NCBI GenBank assembly: GCA_951406725.2
Contig: OX597818.1
Coordinates: forward strand, 17,360,001 to 17,424,000
DNA: 64,000 nucleotides
Direction of reading: 5' to 3'
DNA from: Octopus vulgaris
Taxonomy: Eukaryota
Shown here: piece by piece, positions 56,817-64,000 of the stretch
How the letters are laid out: each line of letters starts with the position of its first letter
How positions within the stretch are numbered: position 1 is the first letter of the stretch
Program-made: the position numbers and the translations under genes
Notes under the pieces: model-generated
What the model saw: only the letters and a program-made list of their open reading frames with translations
Told to the model about the DNA's origin: nothing
Database searches by the model: none

Positions 56817-57388
56817 CAGTAGTTTTATTTTTATAGTGTGCTTTCACTTCACTACCGAGCGCAGCTCTGTGTGCCTTGGGTATGTGCTGTGATTTGTTGT
56901 GATGCTCTGATGGTTATTGTATGGAAAGTGTTCTGCGTAGGATGTGTGCAGTGCCTAGTAGTGCAATTTTCTGTATGTTATATGTGTTTGTAAGTCCTGG
57001 TGTTTTTGTTATGTATTTGTCTGAATATTTTTTTATCATGCCTAATGCACCTACTATGATAGGAATTGTTTCTGTTTTCAGGTTCCACATTCTAGTTACC
57101 TCTATTTCCAGGTCTTTGTATTTTGAGAGTTTCTCCATTTCTTTTAGAGACACGTTGTCATCTGCCGGTATTGATACATCAATTAGAAAGCATTCTTTTC
57201 TTCATGATCTCTGACAACTATATCTGGTCTGTTGGCCTTAATTTCTCTATCTGTGTGTATCGGCATATCCCAGAGTATGGTTGCTTTCTCGTTTTCTGTG
57301 ACCTTTTCTGGTGTGTGCCTATACCATCTTTTTTCTGTTGTTATTCCATAATGTTGGCATAGCTTCCAATGTATGTAGGTTCCAACTC
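56817..57388 (-). mobile_element. R4/Dong-type non-LTR element 3' end inserted in (TAA)n
   Basis: ILWDMPIHTDREIKANRPDIVV..LIDVSIP..EKLSKYKDL..PIIVGALG..IQKIALLGTAHILRR is a PD-(D/E)xK restriction-like endonuclease. (TTA)n on both flanks. Confidence 0.9.
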
Positions 57389-57427
57389 TATTATTATAAT
57401 TATTATTATTATTATTATTATTATTAA

Positions 57428-57806
57428 TTCAGCCTTAGCGAAGGCAGAGGTATTGTTTTCAGTCGTGTTTGTTTGTTTGCTTGTTTGCCCGAGGGCGAGA
57501 TATCTCAAGAACCGCTGGATGGATTCGGATGAAACTTGTGATTGACACGAATTGATTAGATTTTGGGATCGATCTGGTACCGGACAAGGATTCTGCATTA
57601 TTTTTCCGGGTGTTTTTTTTTTTTTGCTTTTTTTTTGTTTTTTACTTAATTTTTGAGAGCGGTCGGGTTCATTTTTAGTATTCTCGTTTGTGAGAGCACT
57701 CGAATTTATTTAAGATATTCCCATTTTAAAAATCATCTCCAGCTAATCTTTGAGAGAACGTTGGTATTCCCTTGGCGGAGGTTTGCGCACACTGAGTGCT
57801 CTTGTT
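57428..57806 (-). mobile_element. HINE/DINE-like element, second copy
   Basis: Homologous to 4185-4534; terminal hairpin CCTTAGCGAAGG and (GTTT)n. Confidence 0.6.
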
Positions 57807-57905
57807 ATTATTATTATTGTTATTATTGCTATTGTTATTATTATTATAAATAATAACAGCAATAGTATAAGCGGATAGCAAGCATTGTAGCCAAAAAGAC
57901 AAATT

Positions 57906-58163
57906 CATAAATTTATAATTAATTATTAATTATAATTGAGGGTACACGAAGCAGCAGCGTTGCTAGAATTGAGCCACCATTTCCCTGAACACTCAACAGG
58001 CTGACGAAAATCGAGGAACGAGTTCCTCGTTTACCTCGATTTTTAGCCTGTTGGATGTTCAGTGAAATGGTGGTTTATTTGAATGTTTTTCGACTCTTAT
58101 TTCTAGCAACGCTGGTGCTTCGTGTACCCTCAATTATAATTAATAATTAATTATAAATTTATG
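57906..58163. repeat. Fold-back (~110-130-bp arms)
   Basis: CATAAATTTATAATT..GAGGGTACACGAAGCA / TGCTTCGTGTACCCTC..AATTATAAATTTATG; central hairpin CGAGGAAC-ga-GTTCCTCG. Confidence 0.85.
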
Positions 58164-58177
58164 TGTATATATATATA

Positions 58178-58550
58178 CTAGCAGTATCGCCCGGCGTTGC
58201 TCAGGTTTGTAAGGGAAATAACTATAAAGCATTTTTAGAGAGTTATAGCCAAAAAATAGAAAAAAAATGATGGTAAAAAAAATTTTCAGAGTTAAAAAAG
58301 GTGGAGTTGCGTCCCCTAGACGGTCTGTGGTTTGGGTTTCTGATTCTCGACCCCATGTCGAATTTATCGATTTTTTTCAGAACTGGGGGAACTTTTCAAA
58401 ATTTTCGCTGCGTTAGTTTTGAATTATGACATTGGGCTATGTGTGTGTCAAGTTTCATCAGAATCGGTTGAAAGCCGTGGTCAGAGTGAGGGTACGAAAA
58501 AACAGACACACAGAAAACGCACAGACAAACTGCCGTTTATATAGAGAGAG

Positions 58551-58551
<1 letters not shown>
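58178..58551 (-). mobile_element. Non-autonomous Helitron
   Basis: On minus: 5' TC start, subterminal GC-rich hairpin (ACCTGAGCAACGCCGGGC), CTAG-3' end, inserted between A and T with no TSD. Confidence 0.8.
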
Positions 58552-58623
<72 letters not shown>

Positions 58624-58797
58624 AATAACAACAATAATAATTTATTTCTTTATTGCTCACATAAGCATAGAGGGGACAAACAAGGACAGACAAAGGGATT
58701 AAGTCGATTACATCGACCCCAGTGCGTAACTGGTACTTAATTTATCGACCCCGAAAGGATGAAAGGCAAAGTCGACCTCGGCGGAATTTGAACTCCT

Positions 58798-61700
58798 GAC
58801 ATTATCCCAACATTACAAAAACTAATCAAATAGACAACAATACTCCAAAAGCAAGAACATACAACAGACTGTTACTCAATTAAAAACACACTTAACATCT
58901 GATTTTAAATCTCACAGCACGCAAGTTTCGGGAATTTCATAAAAAATAGTAAAAAAGCAGACCTTTATGAAAAGTGGCTCAACTCCACCCCAATCATCCT
59001 TCCCAAAAAACTCCAAATAAAACCCATCCGAAATGAACTAGGAAATCAACAAAACTCAGGGAGAAATTGGCTTTAGAAAAGTTCAAAACAGAAATAGAGT
59101 CGTTACAGCTAAGAGCCAATTCCAACAAAGAAAATTTCAAAGCACTTGATAACGAAATGTAAATTGTAATTTCAAAATGCTGTGAAGGTGCACTCTTTGA
59201 TAGAACCACCAAACTTTTTTGGAGAAAAAACTATGAGGATGAAGAACTAGCATCCCTCCAATGATGGAAAAAAATACCACCTAGTTCGCCAATTACGAAA
59301 CGGAGTTTGAAAACGAACACCATACAAGCAACCCATATTTGAAAAAATAGTTAAAACTCACACACCTCACCTACAACAAAGAAAACAAATCGCAAAACAT
59401 CAAACATACACCACTCCAAACTTTGACAACAACAATAACAGAACTTTACTACAATCTTACCAAAAGGAACCCACCAACCCAAGACAAAACTTTACCCGAC
59501 ACCGTAGATCCCAACCCACACAGGAATCGTTCCAAAATCGTGGATCCCACCCAACACATAGAAATTCACTTCTAAACCACGACTGTATGTTCCAACCCAC
59601 ACTAAGGGACCAAAATTACATCCACTGCCAACAACCCAAACCCCGGAATAACCAAAACTCCTTTAGAAGGCCACACAATAATGGAGGAAATACTAATACA
59701 CAAAAAAAAATGCAGACAGAAAAACACCCAGAAATCATTTTTTTAGGCCAAGGCAACAGAATCCATGACACCAGATGGTACATACCAACCCTGAAAAACC
59801 ATAAAAAGTGAATCTCTCAAACCTAAACCTGTCAACCCACCAAATTAAAGTCCTCTCAAAAGGGCTGAAATTCACTCCAACTCCACAATACCCTAACCTC
59901 AGTGAAATAAATGATGACGTCTCACACTTTTGCAGAACATTACGCCTCACAGAGGAATTTTTTGACAAGGAAAATAATAACGACTAATCAATGGTTCGCA
60001 ATAAGAGCAATTACAATCCTACAAAAGGCAAGAACAAAACTCTGGATTACATTTCAAACTCGGGATTACATTTCAAACTTCCCTTATAAGGAACTACCAC
60101 AACCTAAACCCAAATCTAGTACATGTAAAAGGGAATGGGAAATCATCTACGAGTTACAAAACAATCATGACATCAAACCCAAGGAATCAGATAAGAGTAG
60201 TACTGTTGTGATTATGAACAATGAACAATACAAAAACTCTGTATCTCACCTCTTACAAGATACTTCCTACAATCAAAAACAATTTCCAAATTCAACACAC
60301 TCATTTGCCAATATCGAAATAGCTTAACGGCAAAGGAATGCGACTACCTGACAAATTCTGATTGCAAAACTAGCAACCTCTACAAGCTTCCGAAAATCCA
60401 CAAGAGCAAAATAATTACCGAAGCTTGCAAAAAGTCCACCTCAACCTGCATCACTGTACCACATCCCACTGATCTCAAACTGAGACCAGTTGTGACAGGC
60501 CCAAACTGTGAAACACACAGATTAAACAACTTCATTGATATACTCTTAAAACCAATACTTAAGCACATACCAAATATTCTAAGAGACGACCTAAACCACC
60601 ACCCCAAACATACCAATAAAGATATTTCCATCGTCTCTTTTGATGTGATAAACCCTTATACTACGATCCCACATGAATATGGACTGGAAGCCATTAAATT
60701 CTAGCCAGAAAAATATCCCAATGATGTCCGGAAATGATGAAAAAAGAATTTATCATCGAGAGCCTTAAGTTTATACTCCAAAACAACTTTTTAACTTTTA
60801 ATAATAATACCTACAGGCAAGTATCAGGGACTGCAATGGGTACTAAAGTTGCCCCAGCTTATGCTAATCTGGTAATGGCCTACATAGTATTACAAATCTA
60901 TGAACAATCAAAATCAAAATACGGTCTGTCTTTCCACAAATACGTGTTGGAGCATTGGAAACGCTATTTGGATGATTGCCTCAAGCTATGGTGTCGCACA
61001 CTCGACCAACTCAATGAATTCAAAAATTTAATCAACAGTGTCAACAACCATATCCAGTTTACATTGGAATATAGTCAAGACCAACTTTCATTTCTAGACA
61101 TTCTTATTATAAAAAAAGGCACCAACATTGAAACTGATATCCACTATAAACTAACTGATTCCAAACAATACCTCCTGTGCACCTCTAATCACCCAAAGCA
61201 CACGAAAACAAACATCCCCTTCAATCTAGCTAGAAAAATCTGTACAATTGTCTCAAATTATAGAACGCGAAATAAAAGATTCCAAGAACTAAATGCAATT
61301 CTTCTCGAAAGACAGTATCCAGCATCAGTAGTTGACAATGGAATAGAACGGACCAAGACAATCGATATTCAAGATTTACAGAAACCTAAACACATTCAAG
61401 CTACATTAAATAGTCTTCCATATCTCTCAACACACAATCCAAGAAATACAGAAGCTTACACGATTATATACAAAGACATCCCACTACCGAGTTAAGAACC
61501 ACGTCTAAAAAAAGGACTCGAAACCCCAAAAGTAATAAAAAGCAAGATACAACCCAAATCCCTAAAAGACTTACTCACTAATGCAAAATTACCCAACACA
61601 AGCCCACTACCCACCGTCGAAAAATGTGGTTGATCTATCTGCCGGGCTTGCATCTACCTCATTGAAGGAACAATATACAAATTCCAGTCAGGACACACTT

Positions 61701-63290
61701 TTGTCGTAAAAAATAACTTCACCTGCGCATCAAAGAATTTACTTTATGTCATTAGGTGGGAAGGGTGCCACAAAGACTACATATGACAAACTAGTCTTAC
61801 TCTCAGAGATAGGATGACAGTCCACTGCCAACAATTGCGGGACCCCACCACAAAACAGATACCACTTAGATCTCTGTGCACAAAAATTCCCCCAAATTTC
61901 TAGTCTTTACACTGTACCAATGCCCAGTCAACACCACTGACCAAACACGAACAAATAAGGAAAATATGCGTATTCAAAAATACAGACCACAACTCAACAT
62001 ACTCTAACATACCCCCAGGTACACACCCACAACAAACACACATAGATGTACAAACACACACACACCAATACAATGCAAACCTTCCACACAAAGATACACA
62101 CATACATATACACACACGCACATACACAATATCCCCACGCTCGAGCACATTCCAAGAAAAGACACATACATATAGACACATGCAATACGATTCTAGCAAT
62201 CACAACCAACACTCACTGACACGCATACATGCATACATACGTAAACACGTACATGCATACACCTAGACACGCCGCCCTGAAAATTACAAGACACACTCAC
62301 ACAAGCACACCCACACATACACAGATATACACATAAACACACAAATACAACACAACCAACTCCCCCCACACACACACACGCATATATACACACATACGTA
62401 CACACACACAAACACAATATGCCCGTTCCCCATAAAAAATCATACACACACTCAAAGAAAAAACACACATAACATACACGCAATACAGTCCCAACAATCA
62501 CAACACTCACAGAAACACACACATACACACATACATACACACTTGCACTCACACGTACACACACACACTGCACCACAACAAATATAGCACTCACACACAT
62601 GTGCACATGCACCCGAAAACTACATAAATCACACCCACATATACACACACACACAAATGCATACTCAGTTCAAACATGCACAGTACGTACACGCACACAC
62701 ATACACACCACCCGGATAAACGTAACACACACGGACACACACAGAACCACTTACAAATACAACTCACTCACACACATGCACCCCACACACATATACATAT
62801 GCACCCTCATACACACATACAGATGCACACACACACACCACCACCACCTGGATAATTATAACACTACAAACATACACAGTCAGAGACAGAGGCATACTCA
62901 CGTACACGCACATAACATTCCCACCGACACAACACATACAAACATACACACGCACACACACGGATGCACACATATGCGCGCGCACAGCACCCTGACAAAT
63001 ACAAATCACACACATACACACACACAAATGTGTACACATATACACGCACTACCTTTCTAATAAAACACACACATACACAGACCCATACACACCCCACACT
63101 GAATTCTAAGACCAATAAACAAAAACCCACACTCACACTATTTTGAACTCTAAGACCAGTCCCCAAAACCACTGAACCATGACAGACTAACCCAGAAACA
63201 AAAAAAATCCTTTTGATTCCGCAATGCTGTCCCCCACCAACCAACCTCCCACACTATTTCTAAAAATAGCAAACATATATTATAGACACA
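58798..63290 (+). mobile_element. Long decayed Penelope-like element (Neptune-type): RT, Cys linker, GIY-YIG, 1.3-kb CA-rich 3' tract
   Basis: VLSKGLKFTPTP, LYKLPKIHK, LRPVV, SFDVINPYTTIP, GTAMGTKVAPAYANL, RYLDD, FLDILI, KCG*SICRAC, FTCASKNLLYVI..C..YI*QT..LRDRM..H. ORF ends ~62008; many stops and frameshifts. Confidence 0.92.
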
Positions 63291-64000
63291 CACTAAAAGA
63301 CAGGAGATGAAGGATGGAAAGGTTGGTTATTCCCCTAAAATTCTGTAAACGAAGGAATACTAATAATAATGAAAATAAAAAAACAGTTCCGGGCCCATTC
63401 CATGTAAACATTGTAGGTAAAAATGCACCGGAGTCGTTGTTGTTGTTGTTGTTGTTATTATCCGTATCAATTTATAATAATTTCTGAAAGCGGCCTAGCA
63501 AACTCAAAATTTTTCGTTTGTATGATCAGAAGTTTGTTTCCCAATCACATGGTTCCAGGTTCAGTCCTGCTGTGTGGCACCTTGGGCAAACATTTTCTAC
63601 TATAGCTCCGGACCGACCAAAGCTTGTGAGTGAATCTTGCAGATGGAAACTGAAAGAAGCCCATCGTATATGTGTGTGTATGTAAACACACATTTGTGCC
63701 AAACGACGAGAATGAGTATTCAATACCGCATTAATGGATAAGACTTCTTTATTTGCGTATTAAAGTAACCATCGGTTTCATGTTAAGAAAAATATCTTAA
63801 TATTTAAACACTTTTTCAAGCGGATCACATGGAGGAATGGTGTTCTTCTCCATTCTGGATGACAACACAAAATGTCTATATAAATACAAACACGAATACA
63901 TACACACATACATACTTACATATGAACACAATATTTCTATAAACTTAGATATATACACATATATGTGTATTTATACACATATACACATATATGTGTATAC

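Noticed and set aside
61620-61800. In-frame TGA codons in the PLE Cys-linker/GIY-YIG region as selenocysteine
   Set aside because: They fall at positions expected to be Arg and Gly, in a copy with many other stops and frameshifts; ordinary decay explains them.

Overview
Eukaryotic, AT-rich, microsatellite-saturated DNA. The tRNA-derived SINE families and simple-repeat load suggest an octopus genome (inference). No intact host gene is visible; only weak candidate exons occur near 1.1-1.2 kb and 12.6 kb, and almost all ORF-track entries are translated simple repeats. The window holds many decayed mobile elements: three Penelope-like retroelements (PLEs) with coding remnants (two with RT + GIY-YIG, one with GIY-YIG only), RTE and R4/Dong-type LINE fragments, mariner remnants, Helitron/Helentron-type elements, a solo LTR, a MITE carrying TTAGGG repeats and many SINEs. 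The strongest hidden signal is about 20 type-I hammerhead ribozyme (HHR) motifs from several dissimilar sequence families: 11 with canonical CUGANGA/GAAA cores, 3 sharing a CUGUYGA variant and about 6 decayed. Most sit in short non-coding cassettes, often fold-backs, lodged in (TA)n tracts. Some are physically joined to PLE 3' ends, and one family places a tRNA-like Pol III head upstream of the ribozyme. HHRs in PLE terminal repeats are established knowledge; the diversity, the variant core, the fold-back geometry and the tRNA-head cassette are the parts worth testing. Structures were folded by eye and element boundaries are approximate unless a TSD or TIR is quoted.
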